This document shows, one piece after another, positions 37,871 to 51,719 of a stretch of 64,000 nucleotides of DNA. The notes beneath the pieces are model-generated. The model had not been told where the DNA came from, searched no databases, and saw only the letters and a program-made list of their open reading frames with translations. The translations under genes were made by a program, and so were the position numbers. The first letter of the stretch is position 1, and every line of letters starts with the position of its first letter. The stretch lies in NCBI RefSeq assembly GCF_009914755.1, contig NC_060946.1, one strand, 5' to 3'. The stretch is from the human T2T-CHM13v2.0 reference genome, Homo sapiens.

Positions 37871-39477
37871 TTCCAAGAAGGGGGAACCTCCCTACAGCTT
37901 TCTCCCACTGTCTCTCAGAGACATCCCTGGGGCCGCCTCTGCAGAGGGGGTTGCTGCGAGCTGCTGGAGGGAGTGAGGGTGATGCGTCTCCCGGTGCCCC
38001 AAAATGAGGCCTCCGCCTGCACTCCAGCAACCCAGACCCAGGGAAAACACCACCAGGACCCCTCAACAGCAAGGGAGGCTCTGTCAGACAGGCCCAAGCC
38101 TCCAGGAAGCTGGGCCCTGCCCCTGAGCTGGGGGTCTTCAGGCCCCTGCCAGAGCCACTTCCTCTTAAGACACCTACAAGCCGGTCCCCAGTAAATTCTA
38201 AACGCCACGGTTGTTCCCATGGCGTTGCTCTCTCACTTCTCTACCTCTAAACTGTAGGATTCCTAATTCTATTCAAAACAGCGGATGTTTCTCTGTTTTC
38301 TGGGGCACCAGGATGTGTTGTGAGTGCTGAGGGCAGACGTGGGATCCGGAAGGCCCAGCTGGGAACCCACGCTCTGCAATGAGCTGCCCTGAGTCCTTGG
38401 ACGAGGTGGAAAATTACTCCAGTCTCAGTTTCCTGTAAAGACAGATCAGCAGTTACACCCCTCCACGGGTTCTTTGTGATGTCACTGAGGCGGTGAAAGG
38501 AGCACCTGCCTCTAATGGCACCCACCATTAAGTCGGATCTCAGCAACCATCTGCGTGGCAGGAGCTATCACACTGGAGCCTCGCAGTAGCCAAGGAGAGA
38601 CGCCAATGAGGGAATCATTTTTCCACTTGGTGAAATACATTTTTGCCCCGTGAAAGCACGAGGAGGGCCTGTCTTGGATAGGTGGAGTGGTCCTAGGTCC
38701 TACTAGATGGAAACCTCAGGACTCGGAAGAGGTTCACCTTCGGAGCGAGTCCCCCTAAGGGTGAGGTTGCCCCCAGGGAGCACCATGGGAAGAGTCAGGG
38801 ACCCCTGGTGCTCCTGGAAGCTGGGCTTCACCTGGAGGGCTTGGAGATGAGCCCCATGGGGCGTCCTGATTGTTGTGTTAATACAAATGCTCCCCCCCAG
38901 GGCTGGCCAGCCTCACGCCAGCTGCCTTCTTCTCATGACATGTGGTGTCCTCACAGCCAGCCGTAGGATCTGCATTGAGTTCAGCAAGCGGAGGCGACTT
39001 CCCCAGGGCCACACAGCCATGGAGGGCTGCGGCTCAGTTGCTGACTGCTCCAGCTCACCCTCACGTCCATGAGGTTTCTGCTCCAAAATGCTATTGCTAA
39101 GAAAAATGTTCCAAACACGACCCATTGGCTGACCACAGGTCTTCATTATAAAAGCATCTGAAGGAGTTGCTGAAGGGGATGTCCTGTTGGCTGGACCCTG
39201 TCGTGCTGGTTATATGTAAACTGGCTGAACTACCCAGTTCTTAAACTGTCACATGTGAGTCCTTCCTTCCAAGGTCAGAGGCTCCTATCCTTCAAGGGTT
39301 CAGGGCTCCTGGTGGGCTCAGCGGGATCACAAACATTGGCATGGCCAGCCCAGTCTGGGGAAGCTGCAAGGGCCTGGGGGGTTGTGGCCTTGGGCATCAC
39401 AGCATCAGACTTGGGGAGCCTGGTGACGAGAGCCTGTCTGAGAAATGTGACTTGTTTCCAGGAGCAGTGGGAGCCCC

Positions 39478-39533
39478 TTCCCTCCCTGATGAAGGGGGAG
39501 TGGCAGTTCCCTCCCTGATGAAGGGAGAGCGGT
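39478..39533. repeat. 29-bp tandem duplication
   Basis: TTCCCTCCCTGATGAAGGG at 39478 and 39507. Confidence 0.85.
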
Positions 39534-40146
39534 GGGCACATGGATGACGCTGCCCCAAATCGCTCCCCTAACCTTCCCAAATGACGCCCCAGCCACTGTG
39601 GCTGCTGCTTTGAGAACGGACAGGAGCCTGGGGAGAAGCAGAAGGAATGCAGGTGAGGCAGGAGCTGATTGAAGAGCCCTTCTGCAGGGCAGGAAACTGG
39701 GCCTGGGTCCCGGCCGGCTGGACGGGGCAGCAGAGGCAGGTGGAGCGGATGGCTGGGAAGCCTGGGATAGGCAGACTCAGCCGCTCTCACCAGGCCTTTG
39801 CCCCTTCCCTCCCTAACGCCTTCAGAAACCGCCCATGACTTTCTCTTTTCCAGATACCGAATTGTACATTTTGTTTCACCGGCTGCCGTCAGCTGCTCGG
39901 CTTCCTCCCCTCAGGGCAGTGCTATTTAACACTCTCTCTTCGAATCTCGCCTTCCTGCCTCCCCCGTCTGCAGCCTCCCCTGCACTGCGCACCCGCTCAC
40001 TCTCCCCTTCCCCCAGGAGAACACATTCTGGCAGACAGAAGTTCAAATGAGAAGTTAAAACGCTTTGAGGCAGCAGGCAGAGTGTCAGCAGAGCCGGTGG
40101 AAACCGCAGCCTTGGGGGCAACACGTGGACCCTGCTTGGGGATAAA

Positions 40147-40405
40147 GCAGGACAGACAGAAGGAGCAGGACAGACAGGAGGAGCAGGACAGACAGAAGGA
40201 GCAGGACGGACAGGAGGAGTAGGACAGACAGGAGGAGCAGGACGGACAGGAGGAGCAGGACAGACAGAAGGAGCAGGATGGACAGAAGGAGCAGGATGGA
40301 CAGAAGGAGCAGGACGGACAGGAGGAGCAGGACAGACAGAAGGAGCAGGACCAACAGGAGGAGCAGGACAGAGAGAAGGAGCAGGACAGCCAGACAGGAG
40401 GAGCA
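40147..40405. repeat. 18-bp VNTR (GCAGGACRGACAGRAGGA), about 14 copies
   Basis: Thirteen units in phase from 40147 to 40380, plus one unit carrying an insertion. Confidence 0.95.
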
Positions 40406-41624
40406 GCCTTCTGGGACCCAAACAAACAGTCATGCCCCAAATACCCCCAGGGCTCTTGAAAGGGACAGCGGAAGGCACAGGCCAGCTTCCTCTCCAAGCA
40501 GACCCATGTCCATGAACCCTGCAATCCCAGGCCAGGAGACAATCTTGAAACATGCTGTGACCCTCTCTTCCCTGGCGGAAGCCCTCACGGAATGGACTGA
40601 AGTGAGTCCGGCAGGAAAGCGAAGCCGAGGTTCCCTTGCTTTGCAGCCATGAGGTCTCGGCCCCCTCTCATCCAGTCTCTTTGTCTGAAATGTGCAGGCA
40701 GCTGAGGCACCCCCGGGGGGTTCAGTGAGGATGAGGAGGGAAGGAGGCGGCCGTGGGACTCTGGGCATGCATCTGGCACAGGGCGGAGCCGTCTGAGATG
40801 CCAGCCATCCCTCTTCTTGCTGGTGTCGACTTCATCTGTCATCGCTGCTCATCCCTTCCACAGCAGTTCTGCCTGATGGTTCACCTGCGGCAGCCGTGCC
40901 ACGTGAAGATCTGGGTTGGTTTCCACCCTCCTGAAGCTCATGGTCCGCTGGAGGAGTTGAGATCACAGACAATATAACTTGTCCAGCTTCCCTGCAGCTG
41001 CCTTCTTGGGGCTTAACTTTAGATCCCAGGAATCTCTCTCAGAACCAGCCCTGGCCTGCCTAACCCACCTGCTGTCCTGTCCCTAAGCAACACCTCCATC
41101 CTGCCACCCAAGATACAGCATTGTCCTCCAGCGTAACAATGTCACCCCCTCACTGAGTGCCCTGATGGAATGTAAAATATGCCACCCACCCTGATGTGGA
41201 AGGGGAAGTGTCCTCTTCATGGCATACCCATGTGGGCTGTTTTCTCCTGTCCACCCAAGACAGAGAGCCCCAAAGGGGCTGGGGCCAAATCTGGGTCATG
41301 GCCACATCCACGAACAGTGGGACAGACCCTCTGGTGTGCACCATGACCCCCTTCAAGGAAGGATGTGTTGCCAGCTTCTCTGTGTGCTGCCTACACACGG
41401 CCTTCATCAGCCACCGTTTGGGTCCAACTGAGGTAGTCACTGGGCCTTCACCCAGCTCACTCCCCCTTCTCTCCCTTCTACCCATTGGGTCCCATGGGCC
41501 CTGCACAGGCATCCTACCTGCTAACCTCCACCTCACAGCCGGCTTTTTGGAGAACTTGATCTGCAACAGTGAATGAGTGAATGAGTGAATGAATGAATGA
41601 TGTTGGCAGAGTAGGGATTATCAG

Positions 41625-41931
41625 TTTTGTTGTTGTCGTTGTTGTTTTTTGAGATGGAGTTTTGCTCTTGTCACCCAGGCTGGAGTGCGGTAGTGTGATC
41701 TCGGCTCACTGCAACTCCGCCTCCTGGGTTCAAGCGATTCTTCTGCCTCAGCCCCACAAGTAGCTGGGATTACAGGCATATGCCACCACGCCCGGCTAAT
41801 TTTGTCTTTTCAGTAGAGATGGGGTTTCTCCATGTTGGTCACGCTGGTCTTGAACTCCCGACCTCAGGTGATCTGCCCACCTCGGCCTCCCAAAGTTCTG
41901 GGATTACAGATGTGAGCCACTGCGCCCTGCC
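41625..41931 (-). mobile_element. AluSp-like
   Basis: Full-length antisense Alu with TTTGCTCTTGT, TTTCTCCATGTTGGTCA and AACTCCCGACC (Sp-type) and a (TTG)n tail. Confidence 0.92.
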
Positions 41932-42717
41932 GATTATTACTTTTTTTAGTGAGGAAAATGAGGCTCAGAAAGGATAACTATTTCGGTCAAGGCATCACCT
42001 TAATGATTACAGGAAGCAACGAGAAGCTGTCCTCCTAATTGCAGGCTGATACCGAAGGACACAGTGAAAAATTGGCTAAGATGGGAATGGCTGGAGGACG
42101 GTGCTGGAGAAGCCGCTGTGGGCTGCCCGCCGGCAGCTGCAGTGCCACAGAAAGCCAGGTCTTCCCTGCTGGTTTTTCATGGATTTGGCCAGAACCACCG
42201 AGGAGCTGGGGTCGATTGTGTTTTTTATTCCTTCGCGCACAGCCTGAGAGCTGCCTCTATAAAGCCCGAGTAAGAATCGATGTTTTCTCTCCAGAAAGAA
42301 GTCTTCTTTCTTGGAGCCATTTTGCCAAAATCATCAGGGTTGACAACAAGCTGGATGTGTTCATGAGCATTCCTGAGTCACAGGCTTCTTCCCCCCAGTG
42401 ACAGTCCCTCCTGCAAGTGCCTAAATCTTGCCTTGGGAGTTTTTTCGCCTCGGTGTTTGTGGCCAGACCTCACCCCCACTGCCTGGCTTCCTTCTTCATG
42501 TAATTGAATGCGCAGTTCATTAAGATCTTTGGTGGTGGCGGAAATGTTACAGGGGAAGAAAAAGCTGTTGACAATTTTATTTTTAAAAGTAACTAAGAAT
42601 AGGGTAAACCTTGCAAAAATAGCAAGCCTGCAAGCAGAATTGTGCTCAAGGCCAAGTTCTCCTCCCCAAAATCGGAGCATGGCATTTAATAAGAACAGGG
42701 CGCAAGGCTCAGGCTCA

Positions 42718-43158
<441 letters not shown>

Positions 43159-43278
43159 TTACCAGATGTATTTGGATTAGATCCACACGTCACCTCATGA
43201 AATACAGGAAATCTCTTTGGTCATGTTTCGTGTAGTCCCAGAACTTAGAAGAACAAAGGTAGTATGCAAAAGTGTCTA

Positions 43279-43708
<430 letters not shown>

Positions 43709-43745
43709 CCTTGTGTAGTTTGAAGGAAGTTGGGTATTTCAGTGA

Positions 43746-44150
<405 letters not shown>

Positions 44151-46159
44151 AAGGGCCGAAGATCTTAGCCCAAGGTTCCCTGAGACAAGAGAGACCGACA
44201 GACAGAGAGCAGAGGCCCGACACCGGAAGTCTCCAGGGCCAGCTGGAGGGGTCTGTAGAAAACCTGCCGAGGGAAGAGCTCACACTGACCCCAGGGATCC
44301 GAGGGCCACTCTTGTTGGGAGCCCCTGTGTCTCCTTGTGTCCTGGGCATCCTGCAATTCAGGAGTTTCACATGGCCGGGGGCTCCACGACTAAGGAACTG
44401 AAGACCGAGTCTGTCAGTCAAATCGCCCCACGGCCCTGCGAAGCAACCAGCAGCCCCAAAACACAGTAGAAAGTTATGAACGAGCTGTGTGTTTCTTGGA
44501 GAATCAGGAAGGCCTGGACAAGGTTGTGCCACAGTTGCAGAAGGTGAGGTCGAAGGGTGTCTCAGCCGTGTGCTCACATCCTGAAATCTTAGATAAATTG
44601 TTCTCAAAGATCCGCCAAAGGGAGGTTCCCATGGTGCTGGCCACAAACGCTGCCCAGAATGGGGAGGGGGGTGGCATTTATAAAGGATCTGCTCAGCTCT
44701 GCTGGCCGCGTGAGCCCCCCAGGCCCCCAAGGCAGGCTGCGCCCTCTATGTCTTAAGGAAACACAGTCTCCAGGAGGGATAACGAGTGCAAAGCAACTAC
44801 AGAAAAGTGCACACACTCCAGGTGCCGTGGGTGAGCGCCCCTGTAGCATTCTTTCCCTAAGCGTCGAATGAGCCCCTACTGTATACCAGGGTCTGTGCTG
44901 GGTTCTGAGGTCCAGAGAGAAACCTGCAGGGATGAGGAAGAGAAGGGGTGATGGGTCAGCCAATGGCAACGTGGTGCACGCAGGGCTACACCCCAGCAGG
45001 CCCGTGTTCTGTGAAGCCATGGGGAGACGCTGGCTGGGGGGCTGCACAGTGGAGCAGACAGTCCTGTGACCACAGGACTCACATCTGAGCAGAACTTGAA
45101 GCCCCACATTACGAATCAGTGCAGCAAGTCCCAGAGGCAGGAGACGACTTTGCTCCAGGTCCTGCCGGCATCCCCAGCATCCGGCCCTGATGGATCCTTT
45201 ATGGCAGACGATGAATTAGAAGCGGAGCACAGACTCTGGAACCAGCCCAGCTCTGAGACGTTTCTCTGCAATGGCAGAAGTAATTAGTCAGATGCGGGTC
45301 TTTGAGATCATGCTTCTGATTAAGAAGAATAAAAACCAAGACGTTAATTAAACCAAATTCCAGGAAGCAACAAGCATCTTCACACTTCTCGCTCTCTGTC
45401 CTTCCAAGGCTGGGCCCCAGCTATCTCTCCTGTCAACGTCTCCTCCGTAAGCTTTTCTACAGGACAGACCTGAGCGTTCTCTGCTCAGAACCACGGTCTG
45501 GGCTTCTGCTCAGTAGGTCCTGTGGGACCCCAGCGTCCCCGCTTGTGGCTCCTTCACGCCCCTGGGCCTGCCGGGCTGAGTCCCTGCAACCAGCACCTGT
45601 GTCTTGCTGTGGGGAGGGTGCTTCAGACTGCAGAGTCCACTTCTCACATCTTGCAGGCCAGACAAGAACGCCCTGTCCCCCAGCGCTGGGGGCTGACGGG
45701 GAAAGGAGGCGTGAAGACTCTGGCTCCTGTCCTTGGTAGAGATGATTTCAGGCATGCGTCTTACTCCATTTTTCAGAGTTCCCTGAGTCTAGCAGTTTTC
45801 TGTGGAGGCTGAACTGACATCCCCCTCCTCCTCACCGGCTGCCCCTTCCCTGCCAAACTCCCCCACGCCCTCTCTGCCGTATGCCACTCGGAACTCCTGG
45901 ACCTTAGCCCTAGCCCTCAGGGCTTGCTCCTGGAAAATTGCCCACATGAGACTCGAGACCCAAAGTTCTTGTCAGGGCATGGCTGTGTTTTCCTGTTTCC
46001 CTGCAGGCATGTGGTGTGCAAACACAGGCTCCTTCAGATCCATCTCGGCGAGATGCTCAGGACCACGCCTCCCTGCCCACAGCAGGTTTTCTGCACCCCC
46101 AGCTAGAGCTTGGCACTCCAGAAAGAACATGCACTCAGGCTGTTTCATGTATTAATTAT

Positions 46160-46318
46160 GGGACCTTGGGCAAGATGCTTAACTCCTGAAGGCCAAACCC
46201 TTCGTCTTTCAGATGGGAAGAGCCCCACCAGCCTTCATGGGGGTTGTCAGGACTGAGTGACATGATATGTGTGAAGCTTGCCGGCCATGAAATAGTCACC
46301 ATGAATAACACTTATTAC
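46160..46318 (+). mobile_element. MIR fragment
   Basis: GACCTTGGGCAAGATGCTTAAC...GGGTTGTCAGGACTGAGTGACATGATATGTGTGAAGC. Confidence 0.7.
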
Positions 46319-46443
46319 CTTCCTCAATTCCTTCTGGTCCTGGTCTACAGGGAATGAAGTTTCCTCAAAGCAATTAATATAGCCCTGCATGAATGCAACA
46401 TTCTCCGTTGCAAAGCTCCTACGTTATTTACTGTTAATAATTT

Positions 46444-46881
46444 CAGCTGACCCTTGAACAACACGGATTTGAACGGTGTGGGTCCACATATACGCGGACT
46501 TTTCTTCCATCTCTGCCACCCCTGAGTCAGCAAGACCACACCCTCCTCCTCCTCCTCCTCCTCTTCAGCCCACTCAACACGAAGACAATGAAGATGGAGA
46601 CCTTTATGATGATCCACTTCCACTTAATGAAGAGTAAATACATTTTCTCTTTCTTAGGATTTTCTTAATAGCATTTTCTGTCCTCTAGCTTGTGTTGTAA
46701 GATTACAGCATATAACACACACCACATACTAAATATGTTTCATCAGCTATGTTATCAGTAAGACTTCCAGTCAGCAGTGGGTTATTAGTAGTTAGGTTTT
46801 TGAGGAGTCAAAAGTTATACACGGACTTTTGCTTGCACGGGGGTTGGCACCCGTAACCCTGTGTCGTTCTTGGCTCAGCTG
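46444..46881 (+). mobile_element. Tigger2a-like DNA transposon (TcMar-Tigger)
   Basis: Left TIR CAGCTGACCCTTGAACAAC and a degenerate right TIR ending GTCGTTC...TCAGCTG. Internal GACCTTTATGATGATCCACTTCCACTTAATGAA. Confidence 0.88.
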
Positions 46882-46994
46882 TTTATGTGAACACTGCTGA
46901 AGCACCATCGCGCACAGACCGTTTTAGACACGGCACAAATCCAAGGCTTTGGAGCAGTCACTCAGTTATCCTCATATTATAAATGAATAGACCG

Positions 46995-47314
46995 AGGCTG
47001 GTGCAGCCATTATGGGGAGCACTATGACGCTTTCTCAGAAAATTAAACGTAGAAGTACCCAAGACCCAGGAATCCCTTTTCTGAGTATATATTCAAAGGA
47101 AAAGAAACCAGCACCTTACAGAAACACCTGAGCTCCCAGGTTCATTGCAGCACCAAGAGATGGAAACAATAGAAAAACATCCTCTGTGGATGGAAATGTG
47201 CCTAAAGAAAATGTGCGATAGACACGGAGGGAAAGGTTCTGGGCCTTTAAAAAGGAGACACCGACATTTGCAATAACATGGGTGAACCTGGAGCAGAATG
47301 TATTAAATGAAGCC
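46995..47314 (+). mobile_element. L1MA-type 3' region, part 1
   Basis: TGGTGCAGCCATTATGG, GTTCATTGCAGCA, CATTTGCAATAACATGGGTGAACCTGGAG. Confidence 0.8.
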
Positions 47315-47930
47315 ACACACACACTCTCACACTCACATACACTCACACACTCTCACACACTCACCCTCACACACACTCTCTCACACACACTCATACTCAC
47401 ACACTTACACTCTCACAGACTCACACTCACACACTCACACTCCCATACACTCTCACACTCACACACACTCTCACACAGACTCACACTCACACACACTCTC
47501 ACACAGACACGCTCACACACATTCACATACTTACACTCTCACACAGACTCACACTCACACATACACTGTCACACAGTCACATGCACTCATATACATACTT
47601 ACACACACTCTCTCACACACACTCAGCCAGTCACACACACACCCACAGAGACTTTCACACACAGACTCACACACACACAGTCACACACTCACATTCCTAT
47701 ACACACACTCTCACACACTTTCACATACACTCACACATAGGCTTTCACATACACTCACACATAGGCTTTCACATACACTCATATTCACACACTCATACAC
47801 ATACACATAGTCACATACACAAACACACATACATGCTCACAAAAACATACACACTCCCACACATACCCTCACACACACACATAGTCACACTCACACACAC
47901 ACTCATACACACACATTCACACTCACACAC
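47315..47930. repeat. (CA)n/(CACT)n compound tract
   Basis: About 615 bp CA-rich tract with an internal 24-bp repeat CTTTCACATACACTCACACATAGG. Confidence 0.95.
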
Positions 47931-48321
47931 TAATATGGTTTGGCTCTGTGTCCGCACCCAAATCTCATCTTGAATTGCAATCCCTACATGCCAAAAGGGG
48001 GTCCTGGTGGGAGGTGATTGGATCATGGAGGCAGACGTCCCCCTTGGCACCGTGTCATGATAGCGAGTGAGTTCTCGCAAGATCTGATGGTTTGGAAGTG
48101 TGGCATTTCCCCTGTGCTCTCTCTCTCTCTCTCCTGCTACCTTGTGAAGATGGTCCTTGCTTCCCCTTTGCCTTCTGCCATGATTGTAAGTTTCCTGAGA
48201 CCTCCCAGGCCATGCAGAACTGTGAGCCAATTAAATCTCCTTTCTTTATAAGTTACCCAGTCTCAGGTAGTATGTTTACAGCAGTATAGTATATACAGTG
48301 TAGTGAGAACAAACTAATACA
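47931..48321 (+). mobile_element. THE1D/MSTA-like MaLR solo LTR
   Basis: TAATATGGTTTGGCTCTGTGTCC.CACCCAAATCTCATCTTGAATTG...CCATGATTGTAAGTTTCCTGAG...AACTAATACA. Flanks CACAC/GACAC. Confidence 0.9.
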
Positions 48322-48344
48322 GACACACACACATGCGTGCACAC

Positions 48345-48705
48345 TCAAACACTGCATGCCGTCTCTTACAGGAAGAATCTTTTTTAAAAGTTGAATCCCT
48401 AGAATCAGGGAAAGAACAGAATTCACCTGCAGGCAGGATGGGGGTATTGGGAAGCACGGGTCAAAGATGGCAAGGTTGCACTGATATGGGACAAGGAGAT
48501 CTGGAGCCCTCATGTACAGCATGAAGACTGTGGCTAATAATCTTGCATTGCATACTGGACATTTTCTGAGAGAGAAGACATTAGGTGCTTTTACTACAAA
48601 CAGCAGGAGCAGTGTACAATGACAGATATACGAAGCTGTTACCTATAATACTCCACTCTCTGCATATCATACCAGTATACTGTATACCTGAAATCTATGT
48701 AACAA
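48345..48705 (+). mobile_element. L1MA-type 3' end, part 2 (continuation of 46995-47314)
   Basis: ACTGCATG, GGTCAAAG, CATGTACAGCATG.AGACT, ATTGCATACTGGA, CTGTATACCTGAAAT. Confidence 0.7.
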
Positions 48706-48709
48706 GCGC

Positions 48710-48805
48710 ATGAGGAGACTGAGGCACAGAGAGGCTGGATAACGTGCACAAGGTCCTACAGCTACATGGCAAGCCCAGGACTCGTGCCCAGACATTTTGC
48801 CTCTA
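48710..48805 (-). mobile_element. MIR fragment
   Basis: ATGAGGAGACTGAGGCACAGAGAGG...CAAGGTCCTACAGCTA. Confidence 0.75.
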
Positions 48806-51624
48806 GGGGACCAGCTTTCAGTCCCCCTCCTACACCCTCTCAGAGCCCCAGAGACCTGACCAACATGTTTAATAAAGACAAGAGAAACTAGTAACCGGGA
48901 GGAATAACTTAATCGCAGCCTGAGTTAATTCCTCTATTTGTTAAGAACGCGTCTCAAGCAGAATATTTTTAGGCAGTCTGGCATTACAATGTGCTAACAC
49001 TGAGAATGTATTAAACTCAGCCCTACTTACCGAAAATATCCCCTGCGTCCATATTGCCTCTTTCACTTACGGGAGGGAGCTGTCAGGAACAACAGGACTC
49101 CGGTTCTTGTTAGCAGCGGGAGCTGAGCAGGGAGACACTCCTTGGTTGGGTCTCCGTGTAAGGGGTCAGGGGTCATCTTGGCCAGCTTGTGCCTGTCATA
49201 GGTTGATGCAATTTTCTGAGCTCTGGCTTTGAGACGTAATCCTAATCCTTTAGGTACCTAGGAGGGCACTCTGGTTAACAAAAAACAAAATAGGATCAAC
49301 AGAGACAGAGAAGAAAGGATGAAAGAAAATAACAGATTCCCTAGTTTTTTTGAACAAAATGAGAAAGTGGCACATGGGAAAACTTGCAAATGAATCAAAA
49401 CCAACTTTGCTTGGTCTATTCCATTTCTTTCTGTACCAAAAAAAAAAAAACCAAATATCAGTAATAATAATAATAAATAACAAACTTAGAGTTCAAGGTC
49501 CAGGAAGAGAGAAGAGTTCAAGGAAGGAAGGGGCTGAACACCTGTCCAACACCCACATCTGCCCTTGCTAAGCACCTGCTTTGTGCCCGACTGTGTCTGC
49601 TGTCACCCTGACCTTCCCCTTCATGGTGTCTCTAGGAGGTGAGAGAGAGCTGGTATTGCACTTTACAGGGAAGGAACATGCAAGTCAGGGAGACAGAATA
49701 ACTCCCCGAGGTCACACCTCCTGGTCCACGCCATGCTGGAATCCAGCCACACGCAACTCTAAGTCGGGGTCTCTCCTACTCCAGGCCGCCTTCCAGGATA
49801 CGTTCAGCAGGACTGAGGACAAGGGAGTCAATACCCAGGCTTCTGAGGGAGTCAGACTCAGCCAGGCAGAGGACACTGTGAGGCTAGCACTCTGTCAGCA
49901 CAGGTCCGGGTCCTAGGTAGCTTCGAAGCATCTCCAGGGAACATGGAACTGTGAGAGGAGTGGGCAGAGGAGAGGCTGATCAGGTTTGTGCATGATGGTG
50001 ACTCTGTCCACAGTGGGGGTGTGGGGGGATCAGCAAGTAACAGGGAGGAACTCCAGGCTACAGACCAAGTTAGAACACGGGAGTACCGTGTGCTGGAGAG
50101 AAGCTGGGGCAGGCCTCTCCTAGAGGTGGGGTCACAAAGGCCATGCCACCTCTGGGCTCCACCCGGGAAAGCCCCCGTGTCTGCCCTGAGGGAGTCAAGG
50201 CTCTTCCCCAGGGTGAGGGGTCTCTGGACCCTTTGACTTCCTCTCTTTTCAGGCACAGCACGGTCACGATTGAAGAGCTTTTCCTGATCTGCTGCCAACA
50301 GGGACGAAAGGCTCCTCCTTCATCATGGAGACGGGGCTCTGGGAGCAGGCCAGCCAGGGAACATCTCTGTAACTGGCTATGTCTGCCAGGGGCTCTGGGG
50401 AGCAGGCTGGCCAAGGAACATGGTTGTAAATGTGCGTGCCTACCTGTCAAGCTCAGATGACAACCTGCTAGGCCAGGGAGCCCTCGCCATGAGAGGGAGG
50501 CAGAGATGGTGTCTGGACCTTCGGGAACTCTGAGGTCACCCATGTACTCTTTGTTTGACACACAAAAGGAACCAAGGCATCAAACGCAGCTCTTGGTTCT
50601 CCTCGAAGCCCAACTCCTCCACAAGCACCAGTACAGGACTGCACAGAGGTGCAGGGTCACCCCTTCCCTGGCTGATGGCCAATGGGCCACCAAATGCAGG
50701 GGCGAGGCCACCCAGCCCCACCAGCCCACCTGCTGACCTCAGACAAAGAAGCAGTTCCAGCCAACTCCAGCCAAGCAGGGACCAGAGCAGCCCAACAGCC
50801 AGCCGACCCATGGTCTCGAAACAGCAGGAAACACCTGTGGGTTTAAGGCGCTGACACCAATAGCAGGTGCAGTCAATCAATCAACAGGCATTCATTTGAC
50901 CAGTGATGCCCTGAGCGTGAGGCCAGACATGGGACTGCAGAGAATGCCAGGACACGGAACAGAAACCCCAGCCCACCTACCATGCATGGCCACCGGCATC
51001 TCCCTGTCACCAGGTAATCCACTCCACTTCCTTCCTCGGGACCTTGGTAGTGGCTGTGCCCGCTCCCTGGGATGCCCGGACCTGCATCCTCTGTCTGAAT
51101 AACTCCTGTTTATCCTCTAGTCTCAGCCTAAATGTCGCCTCCTCCTCCCCAGTCACTGTGACTCCCAGCTGGCTCGAGGTTCTCACCCTGTGCCATGCTT
51201 CCTTGCATGGCGCCACCCATCTCCAGCTTTGGGCACCCAACCCAAGGCTCGGTGCTTGTGGTTTCTTGGGGCTGGGCAGCCCTGGCTGCCAGCTGGGGCA
51301 CCTCGGTTCTCCATGTGCCTCCCATCCCCAGAGGCTGGAGGTATTTCCTGCCATGGTGTTCTGAGGGCAGAAGCCTCAGAGAGCCACAGCGAGGTGTCTC
51401 CAGGCCCAGCCTCGGGACTCACACCGTCACTTCTCCCACACTCTGTGGTCGGAGGAAGTCACAGGCAGCCCACAGTCGGGTGAGAAGTGGACCCCTTTTG
51501 ATGAGGACAGTGACAAAGAAGCTGTGGCCGTGTTCATTGTTCCTAGCGTTGATCCTGGCTGTAAGGCATTCCATTTTGCAGCTTCTTTGCATGTTGTTGG
51601 TGTCCAACACTGACGTTCCAGCGC

Positions 51625-51719
51625 CAGAAAGGCAGGGCCCTGGTCCTGTTCACTCTGCTCCCCGGGCAGTGCCTGGCATAGAATGGGCTTTAGATGGGTG
51701 TTTGTCGAATGAATGAATG
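51625..51719 (+). mobile_element. L2 3' end
   Basis: TGTTCACT...CAGTGCCTGGCATAG...TTTGTCGAATGAATGAATG. Confidence 0.7.

Noticed and set aside
39478-39533. Twin TGATGA motifs as C/D-box snoRNA boxes
   Set aside because: Explained by a 29-bp duplication. There is no properly placed box D with a terminal stem.
39876-40553. Cys-rich ORF resembling a keratin-associated protein or metallothionein, plus an overlapping Pro-rich ORF
   Set aside because: Produced by the 18-bp VNTR. Several frames are open at once and there is no family-specific N- or C-terminus.
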